DNA of 64,000 nucleotides from Nitrospirales bacterium (GCA_965223295.1 CBDCWC010000003.1:768001-832000), one strand, 5' to 3'. Shown: positions 1 to 9,992, counted from the first letter of the stretch. A program made the numbers and translations. Notes: generated by a model not told the origin, from the sequence alone.

Positions 1-404
1 GACCCAGCAGACATACCACCAATATCGGCATGATGGGCTCGATTGGCCACAAAGCCAAGGAGAGAAGATTCCGATTTCTCGTCAACAAATATTGGCGAAA
101 CAATCGTGATATCCGGCAAATGCGTTCCCCCACAATAGGGATCATTGACCATGGCCGCGTCACCTGGCTCAAAGCCCATCGTGTCAAGACAGGCTTGTAC
201 CGATAGTGGCATGGCACCAAGGTGTACGGGGATATGCGCAGCTTGCGCCACAAGATTTCCTTTTGCATCAAACACTGCACAAGAGAAATCACGCCGTTCT
301 TTGATATTCGGCGAGAACGCGGCCCGTTGCAGACGTGCACCCATTTCTTCCGCAACCGACACGAATCGGTGTTTCATAATTTCTGTACGAATGGGATCAT
401 TCAT
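1..404 (-). CDS. Hydantoinase B / 5-oxoprolinase subunit (5' part; runs off the window)
   Basis: Not in the ORF track. Manual translation from the ATG at 404 gives MNDPIRTEIMKHRFVSVAEEMGARLQRAAFSPNIKERRDFSCAVFDAKGNLVAQAAHIPVHLGAMP, the typical Hydantoinase_B N-terminus. It overlaps the stop of the A subunit. Confidence 0.92.
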   Translation of the reverse strand, partial: MNDPIRTEIMKHRFVSVAEEMGARLQRAAFSPNIKERRDFSCAVFDAKGNLVAQAAHIPVHLGAMPLSVQACLDTMGFEPGDAAMVNDPYCGGTHLPDITIVSPIFVDEKSESSLLGFVANRAHHADIGGMSAG

Positions 405-2409
405 CGGAGGCTCCCACTCCAATAAGGATATTGGAATAAGGATCAATTTTGGCCTGGTCTGTAGGTCCCAGATACACGGTGGTATCGTCCAAGACAATGA
501 TCGCCGGTCCAGACACTACATGGCCCGGACGCAAGCGATTTCCCCAATAATGTGGCAACGCTTGAATAGAGTTTTCCACCACCACTGGACGGTCTTCCCA
601 TTTCGCCAGAGACGCATCAGGTGGACCTAGAGGATGGGAAGACAGAGACGGAGGGCTCACGCGGCCAACGGCTTGGACCCGCACATTCACAATCTCAATG
701 TCCGCGTCAGGCTGACAATAGCCATAGCGCGTCTGATGAATCTGATCAAATTCTTTTCGGAACTGAGCCGTGAGGGGCACATTGAGATCAAATGATTGCC
801 CGACATAGCGGACATCAACCGTTTGAAAAATAATGGCCTGATCAGGAGATACGCCTTCCCGTTCTAAATCGTTTTCCCCCTGTTGGACGATCGTCCTGGT
901 GTGTTGTTCAAGTTCTTCACTCGTCGTTTCATTCGGGAGCATGACCGTACGCACATAATCCAATTGCACATCTGCAGCCAACATACCTAATGCCGACAAC
1001 GTCGCCGCCATTGGCGATACTAAGACCTGGGGAATGCCTAACGCTCTTGCCAAATCACAGGCATGCAGGCCTCCAGCCCCTCCGAACGACACCAATACCG
1101 TCTCTCGAGGGTCTTCACCCCGCTCTACCGAGATCACGCGAAGGGCCCGCTCCATATGAGCATTCGCAATCTGAATGATGCCTAGCGCCAAACACTGCCT
1201 TGTATCCAAACCCTCTCGCGAAGAAAGTGTGATTCCTTGACTGAATGCATCAAACGCTTGTTTCGCCGCCTCTACATCCAGGACCTGTTGCCCGCCAAGA
1301 AACCCATCGGTGGGCAAACGCCCCAAGATCACCTGAACATCAGTCACAGTCGGCGTTTGGCCGCCTCGCCCATAACACACAGGACCAGGGTTCGCCCCGG
1401 CACTTTGCGGCCCCACACGAAGATTGCCGCCAGCGTCGACAGCTGCCAACGAACCACCACCGGAACCCACAGTATGAATATCAATCACCGGCACACGAAT
1501 GGGACAACCACCGATTTCAGCTTCGCTGGTCACATGAATATTGTTATGGACGAATGCGACATCCGTCGACGTCCCGCCCATATCAAACGTTAAGAGACGA
1601 TGAAAACCTGCCAATTCCGCCAAATACCTGGCCCCGACCACTCCACCAGCTGGCCCTGACAGAATCGACCGCACCCCATGGCCTCGAGCTTGCGAGACAG
1701 ACAAACGTCCCCCGTTTGATTGCAAGATGTGAAACTCAGCAGGCAGCATCTCTTGCTCTAACTTTCCCAAGTACGTATCGAGTACCGGCGACACATAAGC
1801 ATTCACGGCCGTCGTGCTTGTTCGTTCGTACTCGCGAAATTCGGGCAAAATTTCTGATGAAGCGGTCACAAAAAATCCTTCTGCACGCAATCTATTCGTG
1901 ACCCATTGCTCATGTTTGGGATTCAGGAACGAGAAAAGAAACGAAACTGCCACCGATTGGATATTCTGGCCTCTTAATTCTCCGATAATCTCATCAAGTT
2001 CATATTCCTGAAGTGGCGTCACCACATTCCCTTCTTCATCCATTCGCTCTGTGATTTCAAACGACCATTCACGCGGGATGAGTGGCGAAGGGATAGATGG
2101 GAGCAAATCGTATAGCTCCGGGCGATCTTGTCGGCCGATCTGCAACACATCGCGAAAGCCTTTCGTTGTCATCAACGCGGTTCGGGCACCTTTACGTTCT
2201 AGGATGGCGTTGGTGGCAACGGTTGAACCATGCACAATATGACGACTATTGGTTTTGGTCAGTTGAGATAACCCTTGCAAGACAGCTTGGGAAGGATCAG
2301 TAGGAGTCGAAAGAATTTTGAAACGTTGAAGAGATTGATCGCTGGACGAATAGATCACAAAGTCAGTAAACGTCCCTCCAATATCAATGCCAATAAGAAA
2401 ATCATTCAT
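397..2409 (-). CDS. Hydantoinase A / 5-oxoprolinase ATP-binding subunit
   Basis: GIDIGGTFTD, HGSTVATNA, SGPAGG, DMGGTSTD and GPQSAGANPGPVCYG motifs. Confidence 0.93.
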   Translation of the reverse strand: MNDFLIGIDIGGTFTDFVIYSSSDQSLQRFKILSTPTDPSQAVLQGLSQLTKTNSRHIVHGSTVATNAILERKGARTALMTTKGFRDVLQIGRQDRPELYDLLPSIPSPLIPREWSFEITERMDEEGNVVTPLQEYELDEIIGELRGQNIQSVAVSFLFSFLNPKHEQWVTNRLRAEGFFVTASSEILPEFREYERTSTTAVNAYVSPVLDTYLGKLEQEMLPAEFHILQSNGGRLSVSQARGHGVRSILSGPAGGVVGARYLAELAGFHRLLTFDMGGTSTDVAFVHNNIHVTSEAEIGGCPIRVPVIDIHTVGSGGGSLAAVDAGGNLRVGPQSAGANPGPVCYGRGGQTPTVTDVQVILGRLPTDGFLGGQQVLDVEAAKQAFDAFSQGITLSSREGLDTRQCLALGIIQIANAHMERALRVISVERGEDPRETVLVSFGGAGGLHACDLARALGIPQVLVSPMAATLSALGMLAADVQLDYVRTVMLPNETTSEELEQHTRTIVQQGENDLEREGVSPDQAIIFQTVDVRYVGQSFDLNVPLTAQFRKEFDQIHQTRYGYCQPDADIEIVNVRVQAVGRVSPPSLSSHPLGPPDASLAKWEDRPVVVENSIQALPHYWGNRLRPGHVVSGPAIIVLDDTTVYLGPTDQAKIDPYSNILIGVGASDE

Positions 2410-2672
2410 GAGATATTAAGGTAAAAGCGCGAAGAATGAAGAGCATTGTTTTCTTATTTCTTTACCGTCAAGATCACCCAACATGCACGGTCTCGCTGGT
2501 AGAGAAATTCAAGTCCTACTTGAAACCAACGCCCTATGTTTCTGAGAATCAAATCTTACAACGGAAACAGCATGAGAACCTAGTGGACAACAAGAGGAAG
2601 AACGTGGAAGAGCTTGCATAGAATGTCTGAACGTACCAAACCATGTGACGGATTTGCAGGCAGAAAAGATTA

Positions 2673-3080
2673 CTAGTGCGAAGGATCGATAATTTTTAAA
2701 GACGGCATTCCAGCCCGGTAAAACCCTCGGTCTCGCGTTAATAATACATCGGCGTGATGAGAGGCATGCGCCCCAATCAGGAAGTCTGCAACCATACGAG
2801 TTCGTTTACCACCTTTTTCCCTGTAGGCTTTCCATAGCTGCCCCGCCTTTAAGGCCGCATCAACCTCTATTGGAGAATAGCCAACACCTAAGTTCATGAG
2901 TGCTTCTTGTGCGATCTTCACGGTTGAAAACACTGCTGCCACTTCGGCCCAAACCACTTCACACGCAATTAATGAGCCTTGTTGAATACAGGATCGGAAC
3001 GCCTCTTTTGATTGCACTCCATGCTTTGGATCGGCTCCAAAAATGTCAATGAGAACGTTCGTATCAATGGCCGTAATCAC
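2673..3080 (-). CDS. VapC-family PIN-domain toxin
   Basis: AIDTNVLID and ADFLIGAHA...LLTRD PIN motifs; overlaps the upstream antitoxin. Confidence 0.9.
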   Translation of the reverse strand: MITAIDTNVLIDIFGADPKHGVQSKEAFRSCIQQGSLIACEVVWAEVAAVFSTVKIAQEALMNLGVGYSPIEVDAALKAGQLWKAYREKGGKRTRMVADFLIGAHASHHADVLLTRDRGFYRAGMPSLKIIDPSH

Positions 3081-3307
3081 CGTGGGTCTGCTTCACCACG
3101 AAGGTCTTTGATGACTTGATCAGTCTTCGTTTTCGTTTTGAGAATACCGAAAAGTGCATCCACGGGATCATACATAGAGGCCTTTGTGGCAACAAGTTTT
3201 CCTTCTTGTTCTTGAAACTCTAGGACTTGTCCAGCATGCAAGCCAAGACGCTCGCGAAGCGGCTTAGGAATGGTAATTTGTCCTTTCTCCGAAACAATAG
3301 ATTTCAT
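3077..3307 (-). CDS. AbrB/MazE-type antitoxin (VapB)
   Basis: MKSIVSEKGQITIPKPLRERLGL, an AbrB-fold signature. Start moved to the ATG at 3307 because a promoter lies directly upstream. Confidence 0.85.
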   Translation of the reverse strand: MKSIVSEKGQITIPKPLRERLGLHAGQVLEFQEQEGKLVATKASMYDPVDALFGILKTKTKTDQVIKDLRGEADPR

Positions 3308-3342
3308 ACTTTTATTGTATGAATTCATACATTAACTGTCAA
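3303..3342 (-). promoter_or_regulatory. sigma70 promoter and palindromic operator of the vapBC pair
   Basis: Minus strand TTGACA-17nt-TACAAT-6nt-ATG. Overlapping palindromes TTCATAC-N7-GTATGAA and GTATGAATTCATAC. Confidence 0.75.
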
Positions 3343-3404
3343 ATTTTGGCTATTAGAGAACTGGAATACTCTGAAGATCACGACAGAGAGACCTGAACAT
3401 TTAC

Positions 3405-3475
3405 TGGGTCTGTTGATCGCCAAAGGCTTCATGGCGAAATATGGCCCTTGATATTTTCATTATTCAACACGCCCT
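3405..3475. mobile_element. Short (71 bp) MITE, family B
   Basis: Ends TGGGTCTGTTGA / TCAACACGCCCT with TAC on both flanks. Internal GGCGAAATATGGCCCTTGATA is shared with other copies. Confidence 0.7.
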
Positions 3476-3585
3476 TACTGGAATGCGAGGATCAACTAGC
3501 AGAAAACGATCTTACTATTTCCATTTTGGAGGGGAAAATTTGAAGATGCCGATAAAGATGATGTGAGATAAATTTTCGAGAAACG

Positions 3586-5103
3586 CTACCCTTTGAGGAT
3601 ACCTTTTAGTGACACACGGCGGGGGCTGCCACTGGCATTGTCTTGAATCGTCAATGTGGCGTGATAAGTTCCTGGATCTTGCGTGGCAAATCTTACCTTC
3701 ATGACACAGGATTCTCCTGTGTGGAGTGTCTTGTCTTGGCAGGCGGGACTAAGCATCTGAAACGCTTCTGACCCTGGGCCTGATATGACCACCTCTATCA
3801 CCCGAAGGGGACCAAGGCCGATATTAGAGAACCTGACCTCTCGTTGAGCCTTCTCAGTCGAAGGCGAGGTAGATGTAGGTGAATCTTGCTCAAATACCAA
3901 CGCATCAGTGCTGACACTCGACATTGGAATAGCCCCGCCACCGCTCAAGAGTACGGACACTCCATCAGTATTCGTACTGGCTGTGGCAAAATCAGGACGA
4001 GAATCCTGATCGAAGTCCTGGACAACCACCTCAGCAGGTGTAGCCCCCACACCAAAATGACCGACCGTTGTAAAAGAGCCTGTCCCATCTCCAACAAAGA
4101 GAGACAAACTATTGGAATCTCGATTGACGACAACAAGATCTAATCTGTCGTCTTGATTCATATCCTGAATTTCCACACCAACTGGAGCAAACCCCACTTT
4201 TATGGGATCAAGAAAACGAAATTTTCCGGGCGCGTCTTGGAGAAGAACACGGACTGAATCAGCATACAAGCTGGTGACGGCTAAATCCAAAAGACCATTC
4301 TGATCAATATCCGCTCCCTGTACCGCACTTAAGGTGAAACCTGGCTGAAGATCAGTGAAATGCAAAAAATTTCCATCACCATCATTTTTCAAGATCGAAA
4401 CAAGCCCATTGGGCGTACTCCAACTGGGCTGGCTCCAGGTCACCGCTAAATCGACTAAACCATCGCCGGTCAGTTCTCCAACAAATACTCCTGTAGGAAA
4501 CAAGTCCTTCCCACGATCATCTTCATAAGTCAGCGATTCCCGCAAACGTCCTTTACCATTGTTCAAAAGAACGCTCACATTAAAAGGCGGGTAGTAACCA
4601 AATCGTCCGCTATTCGCCGCCACCACATCGCTCCAACCATCCCCGTTGAAATCCTGAGCGGCTAAGAATGTCGTCCCTTTTCCCGAAGCCTGACGAGCAA
4701 CTTTCTGAAACAATCCCTTTCCATCACCCTTGAGGATGACGACTTGATCGGATCCGCTCAAGGCCACCACTAAATCCAGGACGCCATCACGATCCATATC
4801 CTCGGCAACCAAGGCTAATGGAATTTTACCAACACCAAACGACACCGCTGATTGAAACGTACCGTTGCCATTGCCTAACAACACGGAAACATCATCTGAT
4901 GTACTATTCACGGTCGCCAAATCTTCATATCCATCATCATTAAAATCCCCCGTCGCAATGGCTTGCGGCGCACGCCCCACAGGGTTACTGGGCGTGAGCG
5001 TATAGTCGAGATTTTGTGCCAGGGTGGGAGTACCCACATTGCCAATCCAAGCACAAATCATTCCGGCGAACACAATGCGGCGTAAATCTTTTTTGTCAAG
5101 CAT
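3586..5103 (-). CDS. Secreted FG-GAP/VCBS repeat protein with a C-terminal Ig-like (ASH/choice-of-anchor-D-like) domain
   Basis: Signal peptide; repeated GDFNxDGxxDLAxxN...VSVLLGNGNGTF units; C-terminal GESCxxxVxF...YHATLTIQDNASGSPRRVSLKG. Confidence 0.85.
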   Translation of the reverse strand: MLDKKDLRRIVFAGMICAWIGNVGTPTLAQNLDYTLTPSNPVGRAPQAIATGDFNDDGYEDLATVNSTSDDVSVLLGNGNGTFQSAVSFGVGKIPLALVAEDMDRDGVLDLVVALSGSDQVVILKGDGKGLFQKVARQASGKGTTFLAAQDFNGDGWSDVVAANSGRFGYYPPFNVSVLLNNGKGRLRESLTYEDDRGKDLFPTGVFVGELTGDGLVDLAVTWSQPSWSTPNGLVSILKNDGDGNFLHFTDLQPGFTLSAVQGADIDQNGLLDLAVTSLYADSVRVLLQDAPGKFRFLDPIKVGFAPVGVEIQDMNQDDRLDLVVVNRDSNSLSLFVGDGTGSFTTVGHFGVGATPAEVVVQDFDQDSRPDFATASTNTDGVSVLLSGGGAIPMSSVSTDALVFEQDSPTSTSPSTEKAQREVRFSNIGLGPLRVIEVVISGPGSEAFQMLSPACQDKTLHTGESCVMKVRFATQDPGTYHATLTIQDNASGSPRRVSLKGILKG

Positions 5104-5110
5104 GTTTGGT

Positions 5111-5371
5111 CTAATTGAGCGATGAACCGGAAAAGGATTTTTCTATGACAATTTCAATTTCATCAGATGCCGCAACCCCTCGATTACGAAAACGCGCAGC
5201 CCAACCAGGATGCCGCTCCAACGTCTGAAATATGTTTTTGACAATATCAGGCTTCACCTGTGCTTCCCATTGCTGGAGCCATGCCCGCTCATCATCCTCG
5301 CCATCGTAGTCATCCGGAAAGGTGGCTTCCAAGGAAAACCTCAACTTAAACGATTCCTCTTCCTGATACAT
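5111..5371 (-). CDS. Hypothetical protein
   Basis: 86-aa ORF with AGGAG RBS, 7 bp upstream of the FG-GAP gene on the same strand. Confidence 0.7.
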   Translation of the reverse strand: MYQEEESFKLRFSLEATFPDDYDGEDDERAWLQQWEAQVKPDIVKNIFQTLERHPGWAARFRNRGVAASDEIEIVIEKSFSGSSLN

Positions 5372-5489
5372 AATTTCTCCTTGTCTGAATCCACACGAGA
5401 GGTTAACGGGAGCAGCAGTCGATTGTCCTCATTTTAACAATTTGGCTATACTTAGGTTTACCATGTCGTGAAAAAGGAGGTCTAATACC

Positions 5490-5717
5490 ATGCCAATTTT
5501 TGCGTATAAATGCCAAGCCTGCTCTCACCGCTTTGACTTGCTTGTGCACGGATCGAATATACCAGCCTGTCCGGAATGCCAGGGGAAAAAGTTGGAAAAA
5601 CAATTGACTGGATTTGCCGTTGGCGGCACCGACGGCGGAATGGATTTTTCAGGGGGACCCGGAAGCTGTGGAAGCTGCGGCGACCCGCGAGGCCCTGGCG
5701 CCTGCTCAATGAATTAG
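5490..5717 (+). CDS. FmdB-family zinc-ribbon protein
   Basis: MPIFAYKCQACSHRFDLLV...CPEC; AGGAGG RBS. Confidence 0.85.
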   Translation: MPIFAYKCQACSHRFDLLVHGSNIPACPECQGKKLEKQLTGFAVGGTDGGMDFSGGPGSCGSCGDPRGPGACSMN

Positions 5718-6202
5718 GAACGACTTGTACTGTGACGCTTGAGACTTGCCGTTGTTGCGGAGATATCAGATAGGGAATTCAGAAACCGAAGGGAAGGATG
5801 ACCTGGAGTCACATGAATCACTGGTTTTCCGCTCGAATCACAATCTGTCACAAAACCGAGCACTTCTGAATCATAGGGGAAAAGCCGAATCGAGGCCACG
5901 TAAGCTTGTTTTCCCACCGAGAAACGACATTCTGCTTGCTGTGGCAACCCTCGACTGACTGCATACTCCAACGCATTCTGAACTTTCTTTCCAGCTTTTT
6001 TCGGCAGCACGTCTCTCACAGATTGACCCAAGATGATTTCTCCACCCAAGAAGTGCGTACATGGGAATGGGTAAAAACAATCTCGATAAATTCCCTGAAC
6101 ATCCCAACGAAAAACTTTGTGGGGGAAGAAAGCGACGTGGTCTGGACGAAATAACATCCGAAACAGAGTATGCCACTTGTCGACCGGCCAGCGCAGTGAC
6201 AC
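5714..6202 (-). CDS. Hypothetical protein (possibly PAS-like)
   Basis: 162-aa ORF with GGAGGG upstream of a GTG start; only weak resemblance to PAS folds. Confidence 0.5.
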   Translation of the reverse strand: MSLRWPVDKWHTLFRMLFRPDHVAFFPHKVFRWDVQGIYRDCFYPFPCTHFLGGEIILGQSVRDVLPKKAGKKVQNALEYAVSRGLPQQAECRFSVGKQAYVASIRLFPYDSEVLGFVTDCDSSGKPVIHVTPGHPSLRFLNSLSDISATTASLKRHSTSRS

Positions 6203-6332
6203 GGAACCCTCCCTGGTACCGCTAAAAATTCTACTGTAAAAGGACCGTCTAATAGAATCAACACTTTTTTCTGATGTTTGTGTGCTGTAAGGCCACCCTC
6301 GCCTTTAAGATACAATCCCCTGTCAGGCATTA

Positions 6333-6525
6333 GGGGGCTGTTGAATAATGATGATATCAAGGGCCACATTTCGCCTCTGTGACGTCACATATCAGAGGCC
6401 TCGGGGCTGTTCAAAAAAGTCCGTTCAGCAAGGCCACAGCCATGTTCGCGCGCGGAGCGTCCTGGTAGTACGTAAGCACGGAAAAAGGGCGAGAACGCCG
6501 CTGGCGGCTTTTTTCAACAGACCCA
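6333..6525 (+). mobile_element. Long (193 bp) MITE, family B
   Basis: Ends GGGGGCTGTTGAATAA / TTTTTCAACAGACCCA with TTA on both flanks. Internal second left end GGGGCTGTTCAAAAAA. Closely similar to 13088-13280 and 44082-44274. Confidence 0.85.
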
Positions 6526-6534
6526 TTAGCGAAA

Positions 6535-6987
6535 CTACTCTTGCCCATTGAAGTGCTCATTTCCGTTCAGCCCATCTTCTTCAGGATCGGACCACATCCG
6601 CTCAGGGAAACCCAGAGCATCTTGTCCCATTCCATAAAAAAGGGCATGTGCCGCAACCACGTACGTAATCCAGCCAACGGTCCCATCCACCTCCACCACT
6701 AAATAGTCTGGGTTTTCGGCTTCCGGAATGGTGAGTTCACGTCCCGGCAAAGTCATCATGACCCGATGCACACTGACATGCGGTGACACTTCCTCTCCGA
6801 TGCCCGCATAACGGATGGCAATCATACCATTCGGAAGTAAATCATTTCGGTTGAAAACGCTGGCTTGAAAGGCTTGAGCATTAAGTTGAGAATCACACGA
6901 CCAGGCAGGAGGGGAAATGGCCCATAACAGAAGGCCAAGCAGCCAAGGAATGTTTCCGATAAGTGGTCCTTCTCGTAAGCGCCCCAT
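6535..6987 (-). CDS. Hypothetical exported protein
   Basis: AAGGAGG RBS and a hydrophobic signal-like N-terminus. Confidence 0.7.
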   Translation of the reverse strand: MGRLREGPLIGNIPWLLGLLLWAISPPAWSCDSQLNAQAFQASVFNRNDLLPNGMIAIRYAGIGEEVSPHVSVHRVMMTLPGRELTIPEAENPDYLVVEVDGTVGWITYVVAAHALFYGMGQDALGFPERMWSDPEEDGLNGNEHFNGQE

Positions 6988-7041
6988 ACGGCACCTCCTT
7001 GTTGGGACTCGTTAAGAGACTCCTTTCTCTCCTACTCTTTC

Positions 7042-7068
7042 TTATCGGTTGTTTATCTGAAAAGTTGA
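7042..7068 (-). promoter_or_regulatory. Putative sigma28 (FliA) promoter
   Basis: Minus strand TCAA-N15-ACCGATAA, versus consensus TAAA-N15-GCCGATAA. Confidence 0.55.
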
Positions 7069-7192
7069 GGACTGAGAGGATAGTATGGGAGGTAACAAAG
7101 CAAAGGGCTGAGAAATGTTATCAATGTTAGCTTAGGAAAGCACTGGGACTTCCAAGTATTTTGGCCTGGAAGCCCCAATTGTCTCGTAACAC

Positions 7193-8020
7193 TTAAGCTG
7201 ATTTGGACTCTGGGATCATATGTACATCGCGTTGTGGAAATGGAATAGTAATGTCTTCCCGGTCAAAAGCCAGCTTCACCTGCTCATGCATGTTAAAGAA
7301 GACAGCCCAATAGTCTTCAGGCTTCACCCACACCCGCATCAGCATATTTATCGAACTATCACCATGCTCTTTGACATAAACTTCTGAAGGTGGATTTTGC
7401 AACACCCGGGAATCTGTGGCAATCACGTCTTGCAACACTCGTTTAGCTTTCAGCACGTCATCCCCATAACTAATGCCAAACGGCATATCCACTCGACGAT
7501 GCGGCTCAGCATTTAGATTAGTCAGACACCCATTTGATAGTAATCCATTGGGGATAATAATTCTTCGATTGTCTAAAGTCGTTAGGATCGTGACAAAAAT
7601 TTGAATCTCTTTCACAATGCCCAAATAGCCTTGCGCCTCAACCAAATCCCCTACCTTGAAGGGCTTGAAGAACAAGATGAGTACTCCTCCTGCAAAATTT
7701 GCGAGACTGCCTTGGAGCGCCAAGCCTACCGCTAATCCGGCAGCTCCCAACATGGCAATAAAGGACGTGGTTTCCACCCCCACCATTGAGGCCACACTGA
7801 TGATAACCAGCGCTTTCAGCAAAATTCCTCCCAAATTGATAAGGAACTTTCTGAGCGTCACTTCGACTTCGCTCCGCTCTAATGTCTTCTCAAATACACT
7901 CATGACCCGCTTAATCACCCAAAACCCAACAATCAGGGTCACAAGCGCCAAGAGCAGCTTGGGACCATAACTCAGCAATAATTCAGTGGCAGTTTGCGTC
8001 AACTGTTCAACATTGATCAT
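7193..8020 (-). CDS. mscS: Small-conductance mechanosensitive channel
   Basis: GAAGLAVGLALQGSLANFAGG, PFKVGD and IPFPQRDVH motifs. Confidence 0.93.
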   Translation of the reverse strand: MINVEQLTQTATELLLSYGPKLLLALVTLIVGFWVIKRVMSVFEKTLERSEVEVTLRKFLINLGGILLKALVIISVASMVGVETTSFIAMLGAAGLAVGLALQGSLANFAGGVLILFFKPFKVGDLVEAQGYLGIVKEIQIFVTILTTLDNRRIIIPNGLLSNGCLTNLNAEPHRRVDMPFGISYGDDVLKAKRVLQDVIATDSRVLQNPPSEVYVKEHGDSSINMLMRVWVKPEDYWAVFFNMHEQVKLAFDREDITIPFPQRDVHMIPESKSA

Positions 8021-8253
8021 CGATCAAAACCTCCTCGACAAAATAAGTGATTGGGGTAAAAGGGAATGTGATTCAATGTGCTAGCATCCATGCAGCAGCA
8101 ACCGATCAACAGAAGAGAATGGGGTACGAAGTGTGAAATTTCTCCAAAAACGGCATGGACGCCAACACGACCCAGTGATGCACCTGAGCCTTATGACAGA
8201 GGGGAGAGAACTACGGTTTTAGCTGACAGTCAGAGCCATGGCTACCGGCTTCA

Positions 8254-8466
8254 CTACTCAGAACTACCCAGCATATCATCAATGAGAGGACGATTCAGAT
8301 CTTCACAACCCGGACAGATCACATCAAAAAACGCTTCGTGATCTTCTACATAATTCTTGTCATCGACTAAATTTTCTTCATGTATCAAATCAAAACAGAC
8401 CGGACAGAGTACCATCAGTCCGCGCATCACCCGTATCGTCTTCCGCCCTGAACTGCTGGACATCAT
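8254..8466 (-). CDS. Small acidic protein with two CxxC motifs
   Basis: CPVC...CPGC; AAGGGG RBS. Confidence 0.55.
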   Translation of the reverse strand: MMSSSSGRKTIRVMRGLMVLCPVCFDLIHEENLVDDKNYVEDHEAFFDVICPGCEDLNRPLIDDMLGSSE

Positions 8467-8513
8467 CGTAGGTCATGCCCCTTCGGCTGTGGCAAGGAGA
8501 CTCTAGGGCACAA

Positions 8514-8810
8514 TTAGGACCACCCACGTTGTTGGGCTAACATGAAATCTTCCTGTTCTAGATCGATTTCACAGACAGGGCATTCGATGGGCTGATCCTG
8601 GGGCGGGACAGCAAGTGGGGTCTCCTGGATTTTTCCTTGACAGACATGATAGAACTTTCCTCGTGCATGTTCATCATCCATGATGTCTGATTCATATTTG
8701 AGGATCATATAATACTCCTGCTTGAATAATCTCGTGATCAATTTATAACAAGCCTTGGAATCCCCGTGCAACACTTCTTCGTACACCTTCACCGATTGAG
8801 AAAATCTCAT
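8514..8810 (-). CDS. Small hypothetical Cys/His protein
   Basis: HVC...CPVC; GGAG RBS. Confidence 0.6.
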   Translation of the reverse strand: MRFSQSVKVYEEVLHGDSKACYKLITRLFKQEYYMILKYESDIMDDEHARGKFYHVCQGKIQETPLAVPPQDQPIECPVCEIDLEQEDFMLAQQRGWS

Positions 8811-9992
8811 TTCATCTCCAGACAGCCTCGATCTAGACTCACAATTCTGACGACTTTCTGCATGTGGGCCTGCCTTTGGATGCTTCCTCCTATCACCTGG
8901 GGGCTTTCTGGTTCACCCGGTACCCCCTCTACCCTGGTCGACTTACAGCCAATCGCCGAACATCGTTTCTCCAAGCCGATTTTTTTGACAGCAAGCCCGG
9001 ATGAGACTCCCCGATTATTTGTCGCAGAGCAAGATGGACGTATTTTGATCGTTCAAGAAAATGCTGTTCGAGTAACGCCGTTCTTGGATATCAGCCAAAA
9101 ACTTTCAACAGGTGGTGAACGTGGCCTTTTAGGACTCGCCTTTCATCCAAATTTTTCCTCTAATAGCCGTTTTTTCGTCAATTATACTCGTGCTCAGGAC
9201 GGAGCCACCGTTATTGCTGAGTATCAAGCCTCCCCAGACCCAAATCGAGCCGATCCGAACGAATCGGTTCTGTTGGTCATTCCCCAGCCATATGGCAATC
9301 ATAATGGTGGAATGATCGCGTTTGGGCCCGATCACTATCTTTACATTGGAATGGGTGATGGCGGTTCGGGTGGTGATCCCGAAAATTACGCCCAACGGCG
9401 AACCCAATTGCTTGGGAAAATTCTGCGCATTGATGTCGATCAGCCCTCCCCCTACGGTATCCCGGCTGACAATCCTATTCTTGTCGGAAAGGGAAATGGA
9501 CGCCCTGAAATCTTTGCGTGGGGGTTTCGCAATCCCTGGCGATTCTCATTCGACCGAAAGACCGGTGACCTTTGGGCAGGCGACGTGGGACAAAACGAAT
9601 GGGAAGAAATCGATATTGTTGAAAAAGGAAAAAACTATGGCTGGCGTTTCTTAGAAGGCACCCACTGTTATCATCCGAAAACGCAATGTCGTCAGGTGAA
9701 CTTTTTGATTGATCCAGTCAAGGAATATTCACATTCGTCAGGGCGATGTTCCATAACCGGAGGGTATGTGTATCGCGGCGCTAAAATCCCGGCTTTGCAG
9801 GAAAGTTATATTTATGGAGACTTTTGTACCGGCGAAATTTGGGAATTTCGGAGGGGCAAAAGCCCGTTACTTATCGATACCGACCTCAATATTTCCTCAT
9901 TCGGAGAGGATCAAGATGGTGAGTTATATGTGATAGGACACGGAGGGCAAGTATTGAAGATTGTTCCGAAGATCATCAGTCCTCAACCGTAG
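8766..9992 (+). CDS. PQQ-dependent sugar (glucose/sorbosone) dehydrogenase family; true start probably ~8862-8880
   Basis: GERGLLGLAFHP, NHNGG, GDGG, GFRNPWRFSFD and ISSFGED motifs. Confidence 0.9.
   Translation: MQHFFVHLHRLRKSHFISRQPRSRLTILTTFCMWACLWMLPPITWGLSGSPGTPSTLVDLQPIAEHRFSKPIFLTASPDETPRLFVAEQDGRILIVQENAVRVTPFLDISQKLSTGGERGLLGLAFHPNFSSNSRFFVNYTRAQDGATVIAEYQASPDPNRADPNESVLLVIPQPYGNHNGGMIAFGPDHYLYIGMGDGGSGGDPENYAQRRTQLLGKILRIDVDQPSPYGIPADNPILVGKGNGRPEIFAWGFRNPWRFSFDRKTGDLWAGDVGQNEWEEIDIVEKGKNYGWRFLEGTHCYHPKTQCRQVNFLIDPVKEYSHSSGRCSITGGYVYRGAKIPALQESYIYGDFCTGEIWEFRRGKSPLLIDTDLNISSFGEDQDGELYVIGHGGQVLKIVPKIISPQP

Noticed and set aside
2436-2621. 61-aa plus-strand ORF, and the many ORFs antisense to long genes (e.g. 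145-630, 1245-1901, 24010-24540, 11184-11648)
   Set aside because: No RBS or motifs; shadows of real genes or promoter DNA
3548-3555. GCCGATAA as a sigma28 -10 box
   Set aside because: No matching -35 at 15 nt and no downstream gene on that strand
6348-6551. Recurrent short ORFs such as MMISRATFRL...RTPLAAFFNRP (also 44068-44259, 63588-63773, 51396-51734, 43784-44060)
   Set aside because: They are translations of the MITE copies, not independent genes
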